Source of the DNA: Bacilli bacterium
Lineage (GTDB): Bacteria; Bacillota_I; Bacilli_A; RF39; UBA660
DNA length: 64,000 nucleotides
Direction: 5' to 3'
NCBI GenBank assembly: GCA_017405445.1
Contig: JAFRAK010000028.1
Span: 6,034 to 70,033, forward strand
The notes below the pieces were generated by a model that saw only the letters and a program-made list of their open reading frames with translations, was not told where the DNA came from and ran no database searches. The translations under genes were made by a program, and so were the position numbers. How positions within the stretch are numbered: position 1 is the first letter of the stretch; every line of letters starts with the position of its first letter. Positions 39,636 to 49,941 of this stretch are shown here, piece by piece.

Positions 39636-39651
39636 TACACGAATATATGTT

Positions 39652-39660
39652 TGATATAAT
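39652..39660 (+). promoter_or_regulatory. Putative extended -10 box TGaTATAAT upstream of the ORF6N gene
   Basis: Exact TG-n-TATAAT, 24 nt before ATG 39685, with AGGAGG in between. Confidence 0.35.
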
Positions 39661-39684
39661 ATTGTTAACAAATCAGGAGGTTAT

Positions 39685-40548
39685 ATGAACAATATTATAT
39701 TGACTGAAAAAGTAAGGATAGAAGATATGATTTATGAAGTTCGTGGAGTTCAGGTAATGCTAGATTCTGATATAGCTAAGTTATATCAAGTAGAAACTAA
39801 AAGAATTAATGAAGCAGTAAAAAATAATTTGGAAAAATTTCCAGAGAGATTCAGTTGGATTTTAACAGAAAACGAATGGATTTTTCTAAGGCCGAAAATT
39901 TCGACCTTAGAAAATAATCTGCCAGGTAAAGGACACCATAGGAAGTATTTACCAAGAGTTTTTACAGAACAAGGTGTTGCTATGCTAGCTACTATTTTAA
40001 AATCAAAAGTAGCTACTAAGGTTAGTATTAATATAATGGATGCATTTGTATTAATGAGAAAATATATTTCTTCTAGCTTGATAGAGCAAAAATATATAAA
40101 TAATTTAGTATTAGAACATGAAGAAAGATTAAAAATAGTAGAAAATACGTTTTCTAATTTTAAAGAAAAAAACAATCATTTATTTTTTAAGGGCCAAATA
40201 TATGATGCCTATTCACTATTACTTGATATATTTGAGAAGTCTAAAAATGATATAATAATCATTGATAATTATATTGATAGAAACATATTAGATATGCTTT
40301 CTAAAACTAAAAAGGAAGTAAAAATAGTAACTAATAAATATAATAATCAGGATTATGAAAAATATAAAATGCAATATAAAAATGTAGAATTAATAATTAA
40401 TAATAAATTTCATGATCGTTTTATAATTATTGATAAAAAAATATTATATCATTGTGGTGCTAGTTTTAAAGATTTAGGTAAACAGTGTTTTGAAATTTCT
40501 AAAATTGAAGATAATGATATTTTAGATAAATTATTAAAAAAGTTATAA
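39685..40548 (+). CDS. ORF6N (KilA-N-related) DNA-binding domain protein with a C-terminal degenerate HKD/PLD-like motif
   Basis: 287 aa. The N-terminus IYEVRGVQVMLDSDIAKLYQVETKRINEAVKNNLEKFPERF is the ORF6N signature. The C-terminus has FHDRFIIIDKKILYHCGASFKDLG (H-x-R-x4-D-x7-G-x-S). Confidence 0.7.
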   Translation: MNNIILTEKVRIEDMIYEVRGVQVMLDSDIAKLYQVETKRINEAVKNNLEKFPERFSWILTENEWIFLRPKISTLENNLPGKGHHRKYLPRVFTEQGVAMLATILKSKVATKVSINIMDAFVLMRKYISSSLIEQKYINNLVLEHEERLKIVENTFSNFKEKNNHLFFKGQIYDAYSLLLDIFEKSKNDIIIIDNYIDRNILDMLSKTKKEVKIVTNKYNNQDYEKYKMQYKNVELIINNKFHDRFIIIDKKILYHCGASFKDLGKQCFEISKIEDNDILDKLLKKL

Positions 40549-40621
40549 ATGCAATGTAAACTATATAAATTAAGGAGATTCTGTAAATCGTGTGGTGGAA
40601 CCTTACCATTTTAAATATTTC

Positions 40622-40657
40622 AAAAGAAAAAAAGTAAGATAGTTTTTCTATCTTACT
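40622..40657 (-). terminator. Rho-independent terminator of the minus-strand deacetylase gene
   Basis: AGTAAGATAG (40633-40642) / TTTTT / CTATCTTACT (40648-40657). The A-run at 40622-40632 gives the U-tract on the minus strand. The stem includes the stop codon. Confidence 0.6.
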
Positions 40658-42375
40658 AAGTTTATAAATCCATTTAATGAAATATCACTTAATATTGGAT
40701 ATCTTGGAACGAGTAGACGTTCATCGCTTCTTCTAGCATTTCTATTTCCTCCAACAAAAGCATATCGGAATCCTAAATCAGAAATGGCTTGAAGAGATTC
40801 ATTATCATAACTATAGAATGGGAAACAGAAAGTAGTATTATCTCCTCCTAGAGCTTTAATAGAGTCTTCCAAATCTGCACGATCTTCATCATAATTGGAA
40901 CATACAAAGTTTCCTCTTCCATCTCCACAACTTTCTTCTTCATGATGCCAATGAGTATGAGATTGTACATCTAAATTTGGAGAACGATAATTCTCTACAT
41001 CCCACCAACCTGAAATTAAGAATAGAGTAGCATGAGCTCCATATTCTTCTAATGTTGGGATTAATATATTACCATTTTGTGCACCAGTTCCCATAGCTCC
41101 ATCATCTACTGTTAACAATACGGAATTATATGGAATTTCAATTAATCCATCCATCCAATCAGCAAATTCATAGATTGTTAATGTTTTATAACCATTATCA
41201 TTTAACCATTGTAGTTGCTCTCTAAACTTTGTAACTTCTAAACAAATACTTTCATTACATTCTTCTCCTTTACTGGCATCATAGAAGAAATGATAATTCA
41301 TAACAGGTACAGATTGATCATCTCCAACTTGTCTTCCATTATCAGGAACTTCATCTCCATTAGCCATTCTAGAATAATCATCAATAAAAGTATAACGTTT
41401 AGCATAATAACAATTAATCGCATCTACTGAATCTCCACGAGTAGAAGTTTTATTAGTAAATGATAGTGTAAATCCATCAATTTCAGGTTCAATTTTCTCG
41501 ATTTTTACACCCAAATCAGTAGTAATAGAAGCGGTATTATCATTTTCTTCTCCTGTTGTAAGTAGAACAGCTCCTGATTTTAAATTACGATATCCCTTAT
41601 AAAAAGCATAATAATCTTCTTTCGTAATAAAGTAATATCCTTTTTTCTTTAGAGTATTAATATGAATTCTAACACTTTCTGGTCTTAAACAATTGTCATC
41701 TCCACAATCGTTAGTAATTTTATCATAATAGATAATACTAACATGTTCAGCATTTCCTTCAATTTCTTTTTCTATAGTTGTTTCTTGAATAGATTTATTT
41801 TTCTTTAAAGAAAGCATCATTCCTTGAAAATCAATATAATAATTCTTTTTATCAGCAAAAATTGCATCAGAATCAATTCCATTATTGAAAGTAATTACTT
41901 TGTTTTTATCATTATATAAATCAATACTCTTATTCGTTTTAATATGAACTATACCAGGTAAATAGTAACTATCGGATTCTTTTTTTTCTGTTTTATTTTG
42001 TTTTTTAATATCTTTATAAGAGATATAATATGATGTATCTTTGATTTGTAATCTCTTATTTTTTAATGTTAATTTTTTTATTGGAGTAAGATTAAGATTA
42101 ATCTTTTTATGAATAATACCAATCTTTTTACCATTTTTGTCGTATAAATTAACTTTATCAGAAGTAATTACATATTCTCCATAATTTTTCTTTAATGTTT
42201 TTAAAGCATCTTTTTCAAGACTGGTATATAGAAAATATCCTCCGACTAAAGAAATAACACAAATGATTCCAAGAATTAAAAATAATAATTTACCTTTTAC
42301 TTTAACCTTCTTCTTTTTCTTTTTTGTATCCTTTTTTTCTGAATCATTTTTTATAGTAACGGCTTCTTCACTCAT
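40648..42375 (-). CDS. Membrane-anchored polysaccharide deacetylase (NodB-homology) family protein
   Basis: 575 aa with a basic N-terminus and TM (LLFLILGIICVISLVGGYF). The C-terminal domain has LLTVDDGAMG (the TFDDG-type motif), ATLFLISGW and QSHTHWHH. The only minus-strand gene in the window. Confidence 0.75.
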   Translation of the reverse strand: MSEEAVTIKNDSEKKDTKKKKKKVKVKGKLLFLILGIICVISLVGGYFLYTSLEKDALKTLKKNYGEYVITSDKVNLYDKNGKKIGIIHKKINLNLTPIKKLTLKNKRLQIKDTSYYISYKDIKKQNKTEKKESDSYYLPGIVHIKTNKSIDLYNDKNKVITFNNGIDSDAIFADKKNYYIDFQGMMLSLKKNKSIQETTIEKEIEGNAEHVSIIYYDKITNDCGDDNCLRPESVRIHINTLKKKGYYFITKEDYYAFYKGYRNLKSGAVLLTTGEENDNTASITTDLGVKIEKIEPEIDGFTLSFTNKTSTRGDSVDAINCYYAKRYTFIDDYSRMANGDEVPDNGRQVGDDQSVPVMNYHFFYDASKGEECNESICLEVTKFREQLQWLNDNGYKTLTIYEFADWMDGLIEIPYNSVLLTVDDGAMGTGAQNGNILIPTLEEYGAHATLFLISGWWDVENYRSPNLDVQSHTHWHHEEESCGDGRGNFVCSNYDEDRADLEDSIKALGGDNTTFCFPFYSYDNESLQAISDLGFRYAFVGGNRNARRSDERLLVPRYPILSDISLNGFINLVR

Positions 42376-42512
42376 TATACAATCACCTCATTATCTTTTC
42401 TCTTTACATTATATTACATTCATACTAATTCTACAATGCTTTTTTTTTTGATAATTTATTTTAATTTATAAACAATTAATGTATAATATTAATAGAGTAG
42501 GAGTGTGAATAT

Positions 42513-45500
42513 ATGAAGAAAATAAGAATCTTTATAATTACTTTTATTGTCTTTATATGTTCTATCTCTTTTTTTGCGTATCAAAAAACAAGACCAGTTG
42601 AAATTAGTAAAGTTTTAGAAAAAAAAGCATATTCTTATTTACCAAAAAGTGCAAAAGATTACATAGAAAAAATATATGAAGAAACAGGAGAAGTTGTATT
42701 AACAGAAAAAAATAAAAAGAAAAATACTCCATACTTAAATCCTGAATATATTAAATACTTAGATATGTCTAAAGAAGAACAAAAAGAGGTGGAAGAATTA
42801 CCTATTCCATATGTTTTTGATGCTGTTGTTTTACCTGAAGATAATGCAACAGAGCCTGGTTCTTCTTATGATTTAAGAAGCGTTGGTTCAACAGGTAACA
42901 AGAAAAACTTTTTAACCCCAATTAAAGATCAGGATACTTTGGATTTATGTTGGGCCTATACAACAACAGAACAAGCTGAAAGCTATTTGATGCTAAAAGA
43001 AAATTCATCTTACAATGCTAATACATCAAAAGTATTCTCACCTAGACAACTTGATTATGGAACTAGTACTAACGGAATTAGAGAATATAGTGGTATTACA
43101 GAATCATCATCTGAACCAAGAGAACCAATGGCAATTAGATCCCTAACAACAGGAGGAAACTTTATTACATCTTCAACAATTTTGGCTCGTGGACTAGGAT
43201 TGGTAAGTGAAAACACATTCCCATCAGATTATAATACTGATGAAAAAGAACTTCATGAGGTATTAAATTTTGAGAATTCTTTATATGAATTAAATTCATC
43301 AGAAGTTTATCTAAATAATAATTATACAGTGGGAACTACAGAATATAATAATTTTCTAAAGAAAATCAAAACAAAAGTGATGGAAAATGGAGGAGCTTAT
43401 GTAAGTACTCAAGCTCCAAATTATACCTGTTCATCTACAAATCATGATGGAAAACAAATCATAAAAGTAGATTCAAATTGTTCCCAAGATGCATCTCATG
43501 CTATGCAAATTATTGGATGGGATGATTCTTATACATACTCTTATTGTAAAGCTACTTGTAGAGTTAAAAATCAACAGACAGGTGAGACAACAGATGTAAC
43601 TTGTCATGGAAATAACGTATCTAATTGTAGTTCATCTAATCTAGTTACTGGTACAGGAGCATGGATTTTAAGAAATTCTTGGGGGAATACAGAACCATAT
43701 GTATATTTATCATATGACTCTCCAACGGCAGCTATATATTTATCAACAGATCTTACTCCAATGTCTAATCGTACTTGGGATAATAGCTATTATAAAAAAT
43801 TTGAATTATCTTTTATGGCTGGACCACAAATTAGACAAGATTTTGAAAAACCAATTGATACAATAGAAAAACTAGAAAAAGTAAAATTCCATACCTATGG
43901 ACAAAATGGAACATATACATTACATGTTCTTGATGGAGATAAAAAAACATATTCTCAAGTAAAAACTATTTCAGTAAGTGAAATGGGTTATGCAACATTT
44001 GATGTTTCTAATTTAAATATTTATCTTACAGACTCTAATTTTGCAATTTATATTGCAAGTCAAAATAATGTCTCTATGATAAATGAATCAATTGTTGCAT
44101 TAACTTCAAATTATGATTCAATTCCGAGTGTAGATACACAACATTATTATAGTGATTATTCTAGTAGTGGTTATGAAATTGATGCTTACTCATATACAAA
44201 GAATATTCCATCTAATACAGTAATTCCTTTTGAATTATATGATGATAAAGGAAATGATGTAAGTAATTATTTAGTTGATGTTAATGAAAATATTGTTGCA
44301 AAAAATAATATGAACTCCATAATACTAATATCTGGATCAATTCCAAGAGGAATTTATACATTAAAAGGATATTATGGTACTTATGAGTATGTATCGAAAA
44401 TAATTATTGATTCAACATATCGATTAGATGGAGATGGAACTCAAGATTCTCCATTCTTGATTCAAACAGAATCTGATTTACGAAAAATGTCTGTTTATAT
44501 GGATGGTCACTATAAATTAATGAATGATATTACTATGACAGATAATTGGGTACCAGTTGGTACAGAAACCAGTCCTTTTATAGGATCTTTTGATGGAAAT
44601 GGACATACAATTATGAATCTTTCTGTAAGAGATGCTAAATATGGTGGCTTATTTGGATATATTAAATCTCAAGTATCAAGTTCTAATCCTGTTACTACAG
44701 TAAAGAATTTAACGATTAAAAATGCTAATATATCTGGTTCTGATGCTGCTGGTGCAGTAGCAGGATTTGTTACAGGTGAAATGGGAATAGGAACGAGTTG
44801 GAATAATCCAACTTCACAATTTGAAATTTCTGATGTAAGTGTAATAAATGGTAATATCTATTCAGATTATGGTCCATCAGGAAGTGCAATTGGAACGATT
44901 CGTCCATTTGAAAATGTATATACAGGAAAAAGAAATGTAACATTAAGTAAATTCTTTACATCCGCAACTGTAGGTGGATCTACTGCTTCAGGTGGATTTG
45001 TCGGAGAAACAGCAGGTGGAAAAGATACTAGTCATAGTTCTGTAATTAAACTAGAAAATGTAGAAAATCTAGGTATTGTTGATTTAAATCCAATTAAGAA
45101 TAAAAGTATTCTTCCTGCACTAAATACACATGCTGCAGCAATTGGAAAAATGAGTAATTATAATACCTTTAATTTTAACTATTATATTATTTCCCCATTA
45201 TTTAGAGGATTTAGTTATTCTGGAGATGGATTAGTTGGAATACTTGGATCTAATACAACAAAGAACTCATCTTATGGATACAATACTCTAGATTCAGGAA
45301 CTTCTATTCTAGATTTAAAAACTTTATCTAAATATGGTAGTTGGAGTAATTTTAATAATAATTGGAAAATGGAAACAATTGATAATATTCCAAGAATTCC
45401 AATACTAAAAAATGTTGCTATGGAGTATACTTCTATTCCTATGTTAGAGATAAGCCCTGGAGAAGAAAACACACTTCTAACTATATTATCTTCTCCAAAT

Positions 45501-46400
45501 TTTGCAAGAGCATATTCAACATCTGTTCTAAATTCTAACATTGCAACAGCAACATCCCTAACAGATGCTGATAGTGGACAAGTATATGATATGAAAATAT
45601 CAGCTCATAAAGCAGGGGAGACTATGATTCATATTATCAGTAATTATGATGGATATGAAAATGATGTATTAATTAAAACTGGAGTTGCAATTGAAGAATT
45701 TACGATTCCAGAAGATACCATTTATATGTATGTTGACGATACATACCAAATTAATCCAACTATTAATCCACCAAATGCAACAGAAAGCAAAATAATTGAT
45801 TGGCAAGTAGCAGATAATAGTATTGTTACATTAGATAGTGATGGAATAGTAACAGCAATAAGTTTAGGAACTACAACCATTACAGGAACTCTTCCAAATT
45901 CAATGAGTGTTACTTTAAATGTTATTGTAAGAGAATTTGTTGGAATTACTAGTTTCTCTGTAAGTAATAATAATATCCCATTAAGCCCAGGTAATGACTG
46001 GACCCTTGCTACAATAATTACTCCATTAAATGCCACAGAGTCAAAAGAAATAACATGGACATCAACTGATTCTAGTATCGCAACAGTTAACTCAGATGGT
46101 AAAATAACTGGAGTAAGTGCAGGAACTGCAACCATTACAGGAACATTATCAAATAATATGAGTGTCTCTATTAATGTAACTGTTACAAATGATACCTTTG
46201 ATTACAAAAAAGGAGACTGTAATTATGATGGTTCAATTAGTATGAATGATGCTATGGTTGCTTTAAGAAAAATGTTTGGCTATTCTCCAATCGATGAAAA
46301 AGATTTGGCTGTAGGAGATTTGGACGGTAATTCTCTCATTAATATCAGTGATGTTATTAGATTATTAAGATATATATTTGGTTATTTATCTGATTTATAA
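42513..46400 (+). CDS. Secreted multidomain papain-like (C1) cysteine peptidase with GLUG-like repeats, two Big_2 domains and a C-terminal dockerin
   Basis: 1295 aa with a signal peptide. Catalytic motifs: QDTLDLCWAYT (Gln/Cys), SHAMQIIGWDD (His), WILRNSWG (Asn). GLUG-like GGLFGYI, AGAVAGFV and SGGFVGE. Two Big_2-like domains (..TTITGTL.., ..ATITGTL..). Dockerin duplicates GDCNYDGSISMNDAMVALRKMFG and GDLDGNSLINISDVIRLLRYIFG. Confidence 0.8.
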   Translation: MKKIRIFIITFIVFICSISFFAYQKTRPVEISKVLEKKAYSYLPKSAKDYIEKIYEETGEVVLTEKNKKKNTPYLNPEYIKYLDMSKEEQKEVEELPIPYVFDAVVLPEDNATEPGSSYDLRSVGSTGNKKNFLTPIKDQDTLDLCWAYTTTEQAESYLMLKENSSYNANTSKVFSPRQLDYGTSTNGIREYSGITESSSEPREPMAIRSLTTGGNFITSSTILARGLGLVSENTFPSDYNTDEKELHEVLNFENSLYELNSSEVYLNNNYTVGTTEYNNFLKKIKTKVMENGGAYVSTQAPNYTCSSTNHDGKQIIKVDSNCSQDASHAMQIIGWDDSYTYSYCKATCRVKNQQTGETTDVTCHGNNVSNCSSSNLVTGTGAWILRNSWGNTEPYVYLSYDSPTAAIYLSTDLTPMSNRTWDNSYYKKFELSFMAGPQIRQDFEKPIDTIEKLEKVKFHTYGQNGTYTLHVLDGDKKTYSQVKTISVSEMGYATFDVSNLNIYLTDSNFAIYIASQNNVSMINESIVALTSNYDSIPSVDTQHYYSDYSSSGYEIDAYSYTKNIPSNTVIPFELYDDKGNDVSNYLVDVNENIVAKNNMNSIILISGSIPRGIYTLKGYYGTYEYVSKIIIDSTYRLDGDGTQDSPFLIQTESDLRKMSVYMDGHYKLMNDITMTDNWVPVGTETSPFIGSFDGNGHTIMNLSVRDAKYGGLFGYIKSQVSSSNPVTTVKNLTIKNANISGSDAAGAVAGFVTGEMGIGTSWNNPTSQFEISDVSVINGNIYSDYGPSGSAIGTIRPFENVYTGKRNVTLSKFFTSATVGGSTASGGFVGETAGGKDTSHSSVIKLENVENLGIVDLNPIKNKSILPALNTHAAAIGKMSNYNTFNFNYYIISPLFRGFSYSGDGLVGILGSNTTKNSSYGYNTLDSGTSILDLKTLSKYGSWSNFNNNWKMETIDNIPRIPILKNVAMEYTSIPMLEISPGEENTLLTILSSPNFARAYSTSVLNSNIATATSLTDADSGQVYDMKISAHKAGETMIHIISNYDGYENDVLIKTGVAIEEFTIPEDTIYMYVDDTYQINPTINPPNATESKIIDWQVADNSIVTLDSDGIVTAISLGTTTITGTLPNSMSVTLNVIVREFVGITSFSVSNNNIPLSPGNDWTLATIITPLNATESKEITWTSTDSSIATVNSDGKITGVSAGTATITGTLSNNMSVSINVTVTNDTFDYKKGDCNYDGSISMNDAMVALRKMFGYSPIDEKDLAVGDLDGNSLINISDVIRLLRYIFGYLSDL

Positions 46401-46423
46401 AAAAGAATAAGGAGTATTAGTGT

Positions 46424-47644
46424 ATGCGAATAATTATTATAGGCGGTGGTCCCAGTGGTGTAGTAGCTGCACTAAACGCCAAAAATGAACAAAATGAAGT
46501 AATAATACTAGAAAGAAATGATAAATTATTAAAGAAATTATTACTGACAGGAAATGGTAGATGTAACTATTTTAATGAAAATTTTTCTCTAAGTGATTAT
46601 GATAGTTATGATGAATCTAAAATTGAACAAATAATTACAGAAAAGAATATCTGGAATACTAGATTATTCTTTGAACAATTAGGCATTGTACCAAAAATTA
46701 AAAATGGATATTATTATCCATATACAAATCAAGCTTCTACAATAAGAAATATGTTAATACATGAATTAAATAATAAAAATATATCTATTTTTTACAATAC
46801 CTATGTTTCTAACATTGAAAAAAGAGATGGGAGATTCTTTATTCAAACAAATAATAGAGAGTTTTATGCAGAACGAGTTGTAATTGCAACTGGAAGTTTT
46901 GCCTATCCATCAACTGGATGTGATGGTTCAGGATATTCAATTTTAAAAAAATTTGGTCATTCTGTTATTCCACCATTACCAGCACTTGTCCAATTAAAAA
47001 GCAATTTTCCTTATGTAAAGGAATGGGATGGAATTCGTTCTGAAGTAAGAGTAGATTTATATGAAAATGATAAATACGTAGATTCTGAATTAGGAGAAAT
47101 TCAACTAACCAATTTTGGAATTAGTGGAATCTGTGTTTTTAATCTTTCTAATCGAGTAACACGAGGAATATTTAATCACAAAAAAGAAGTTATTAAAATA
47201 AACTTTGTTCCTTTTATTGAAGCCCTAATAACTCCGTGGATGGAAAGATATAGTAAAAAACAATCTACAAAAAATATACAATTATTATTAGAAGGATTTA
47301 TCAATCAAAAACTTGTACCTATCATTCTAAAATGCGCTGACATTGACGGAAGCAAGTTCTATTCAGATCTTTCTACAGAAGAGAGAAAAACATTATGTAA
47401 TTATCTTACACAATTTCCAGTTGAAATAACAGGAACAAAAGGGTATGATAATTGTCAAATCTGTAATGGAGGAGTTCGTCTAAGTGAAATTGATTTAGAA
47501 ACCATGGAATCATACTTAGTTAGAGGCTTATATATTACTGGAGAATTATTAGATTTAAATGGTAAATGTGGAGGATATAACTTAACAACCTGCTGGATCA
47601 GTGGATTACTCGCAGGAAATAGTTTAAAAGAGAAAGATGATTAG
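46424..47644 (+). CDS. NAD(P)/FAD-dependent oxidoreductase, HI0933/BaiN-like flavoprotein
   Basis: 406 aa. N-terminal IIIIGGGPSGVVAAL dinucleotide fold, TGNGRCN, and C-terminal GGYNLTTCWISG, typical of this family. Confidence 0.75.
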   Translation: MRIIIIGGGPSGVVAALNAKNEQNEVIILERNDKLLKKLLLTGNGRCNYFNENFSLSDYDSYDESKIEQIITEKNIWNTRLFFEQLGIVPKIKNGYYYPYTNQASTIRNMLIHELNNKNISIFYNTYVSNIEKRDGRFFIQTNNREFYAERVVIATGSFAYPSTGCDGSGYSILKKFGHSVIPPLPALVQLKSNFPYVKEWDGIRSEVRVDLYENDKYVDSELGEIQLTNFGISGICVFNLSNRVTRGIFNHKKEVIKINFVPFIEALITPWMERYSKKQSTKNIQLLLEGFINQKLVPIILKCADIDGSKFYSDLSTEERKTLCNYLTQFPVEITGTKGYDNCQICNGGVRLSEIDLETMESYLVRGLYITGELLDLNGKCGGYNLTTCWISGLLAGNSLKEKDD

Positions 47645-49220
47645 AATTAGACAAGTAAAGATTCCTATATTAAAAGATAATGAAGAAACAATTCTTCATA
47701 AAATTGGAAATATTTTAAAAATATCTAGTAATCAAATACTAGATTTTTCCATTATAAAAAAAAGTATAGATGCAAGAGATAAAAAGAATATTTTATATGT
47801 ATATGAATTTGATGTAAAATGTCTTGAAGAAGAGAAAGTTCTAAAGAAGAATTCTTCTAAAGATGTTTTTTTGTCGGAGAAAAAAACATATTGTTTTCCT
47901 AAAAAAGGAAATAAAAAAACAAACAATAAACCTATTATTATTGGTAGTGGTCCTGCTGGATTATTCTGTTCTTATTTACTTGCCAAAAATGGTTATAATC
48001 CAGTAGTCTTAGAAAGAGGAGAAAAAGTAGAAGATCGAATTAAAACAGTAGAGCAGTTTTTCCAAGATAATATCTTAAATAAAGAATCTAATATTCAATT
48101 TGGAGAAGGTGGAGCAGGTACTTTTTCAGATGGAAAACTAAACACTTTAACAAAAGACTCTTTTGGAAGAGGAGAAGAAGTATTAAAAATATTTGTAGAA
48201 AATGGTGCTCCTGAAGAAATTTTGTATGTTCAACATCCTCATATAGGGACAGATCTCTTAAGAAAAGTTATTGTCAATATGAGAAATAAAATAATTAATT
48301 GGGGAGGAACTTTCTCATATTCTTCGTGTGTTACAAATTTAATAATAGAAAATAATTCCATTGTTGGAGTAGAAATAAATCATAAAGAAAAATTATATTC
48401 GAATATAGTAATTATGGCAATTGGCCATTCTGCTAGAGATACATTCTATATGTTAAATGAAAATCAAATTAAAATGAAACCAAAGAATTTTGCAGTAGGA
48501 CTACGGATAGAGCATCCAAAGGAGATGATTGATAAGAGTCAGTATGGAGAAAATTATAAATTATTAGATAGCGCATCTTATAAACTAACTTATCAAACAA
48601 AGAATCATCGAGGAGTTTATACTTTTTGTATGTGTCCTGGAGGATATGTAGTAAACGCATCATCTGAAGAAGAAATGATCTGTTGTAATGGTATGAGTAA
48701 CTATAAAAGAGATGAAAAAAATTCTAATAGTGCAATTGTTGTAACAGTAACTCCAAATGATTTTGGAAATGATATTTTTTCTGGATTAGAATTTCAACGA
48801 AAATTAGAGAGAATGGCTTATCAAGAAGGAAAGGGTTATTTGCCAGTACAATTATATAAAGACTATGTTAATGATCAAATCTCTACTTCTTTTAAAGAGA
48901 TTGAACCAAATACGAAAGGAAAAACTATTTTTGCAAATTTAAATAATGTTCTACCAAAGTATATAAACGATTCTATTAAAGAAGCAATACCAGAATTTGG
49001 AAAAAAAATTAAAGGATTTGATCGAGAAGATGCCATTTTAATTGGAGTAGAAACGCGTACCAGTAGTCCTGTAGTAATAGAAAGAGATGAAAACTATCAA
49101 GCTATTCCTGGACTTTATCCATGTGGAGAAGGAGCAGGATATGCTGGAGGAATTACAACTGCTGCAATAGATGGTATAAAAGTTGCTGAACAGATAGCAA
49201 AAGAATATACGAATGAATAA
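47637..49220 (+). CDS. FAD-dependent protein (COG2509-like uncharacterised dehydrogenase)
   Basis: 527 aa. Central IIIGSGPAGLFCSYLLAKNGYNPVVLERG and C-terminal LYPCGEGAGYAGGITTAAIDG. Overlaps the upstream gene by 8 nt. Confidence 0.7.
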   Translation: MIRIRQVKIPILKDNEETILHKIGNILKISSNQILDFSIIKKSIDARDKKNILYVYEFDVKCLEEEKVLKKNSSKDVFLSEKKTYCFPKKGNKKTNNKPIIIGSGPAGLFCSYLLAKNGYNPVVLERGEKVEDRIKTVEQFFQDNILNKESNIQFGEGGAGTFSDGKLNTLTKDSFGRGEEVLKIFVENGAPEEILYVQHPHIGTDLLRKVIVNMRNKIINWGGTFSYSSCVTNLIIENNSIVGVEINHKEKLYSNIVIMAIGHSARDTFYMLNENQIKMKPKNFAVGLRIEHPKEMIDKSQYGENYKLLDSASYKLTYQTKNHRGVYTFCMCPGGYVVNASSEEEMICCNGMSNYKRDEKNSNSAIVVTVTPNDFGNDIFSGLEFQRKLERMAYQEGKGYLPVQLYKDYVNDQISTSFKEIEPNTKGKTIFANLNNVLPKYINDSIKEAIPEFGKKIKGFDREDAILIGVETRTSSPVVIERDENYQAIPGLYPCGEGAGYAGGITTAAIDGIKVAEQIAKEYTNE

Positions 49221-49255
49221 AAATATGATATAATCTTTGGAAAGGAGAGGATAAT

Positions 49256-49939
49256 ATGAATTATTCTGTAGGAATAGATTGGTTAATTATAATTGTAACC
49301 TTTGGTATTACTTGGGGCTCACAATTATTTATTAAATGGGCATATAATAATAAAATGAAAGAAGAATCAAAAGTAGGAATGACTGGAAAAGAAGTCGCAA
49401 GAAAAATTTTGGATGAAAATGGATTAAGTAATGTAAAAATAGAAGAAACTCCACAAGAACTAGGAGATCATTATGATCCTAGAAATAAAACTGTAACACT
49501 TTCAACAGATGTTTATCGTAAAGCTTCTCTAGCATCTATCAGTGTCGCAGCACATGAATGTGGTCATGCCATTCAAGATAAGAATGGATATTTCTTTTTG
49601 AAATTTCGTAATATGATAGTACCAATTGTAAATTTTGCATCATCAGTTGGTTATGTTGTGATTATGATTGGTTTATTTGCTGGATTAACCAGATTACTAT
49701 GGTTTGGTGTTTTCTTAGAAGTAATTATCTTATTCTTCCAATTAATTACGTTACCAGTAGAATTTAATGCATCCAATCGAGCACTTCGTCAATTAGAAAA
49801 ATTAAATATAGTTGATAGTGGTGAGAATAAATCTTGTTGTACTGTGTTAACTGCTGCAGCATTAACTTATGTTGCCTCAGTTGCCAATTCTTTACTACAA
49901 ATTTTACGTTTAGTATTAATGGCAAGAAGGAATGATTAA
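49256..49939 (+). CDS. Membrane zinc metallopeptidase (YugP/Zn_peptidase_2 family)
   Basis: 227 aa. HECGHAIQD (HExxH) lies between TM segments, and LGDHYDPRNKTVTLS is a conserved block. Confidence 0.8.
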   Translation: MNYSVGIDWLIIIVTFGITWGSQLFIKWAYNNKMKEESKVGMTGKEVARKILDENGLSNVKIEETPQELGDHYDPRNKTVTLSTDVYRKASLASISVAAHECGHAIQDKNGYFFLKFRNMIVPIVNFASSVGYVVIMIGLFAGLTRLLWFGVFLEVIILFFQLITLPVEFNASNRALRQLEKLNIVDSGENKSCCTVLTAAALTYVASVANSLLQILRLVLMARRND

Positions 49940-49941
49940 TC

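Noticed and set aside
42440-42449. A T10 homopolymer in the divergent promoter region between the deacetylase and the dockerin-protease genes, as a phase-variation tract.
   Set aside because: It lies upstream of or abutting a possible -35 (TTGATA), not between -35 and -10 and not in coding sequence. Length changes there would not obviously switch expression. Similar A/T runs are common throughout the window, for example in terminator tails.
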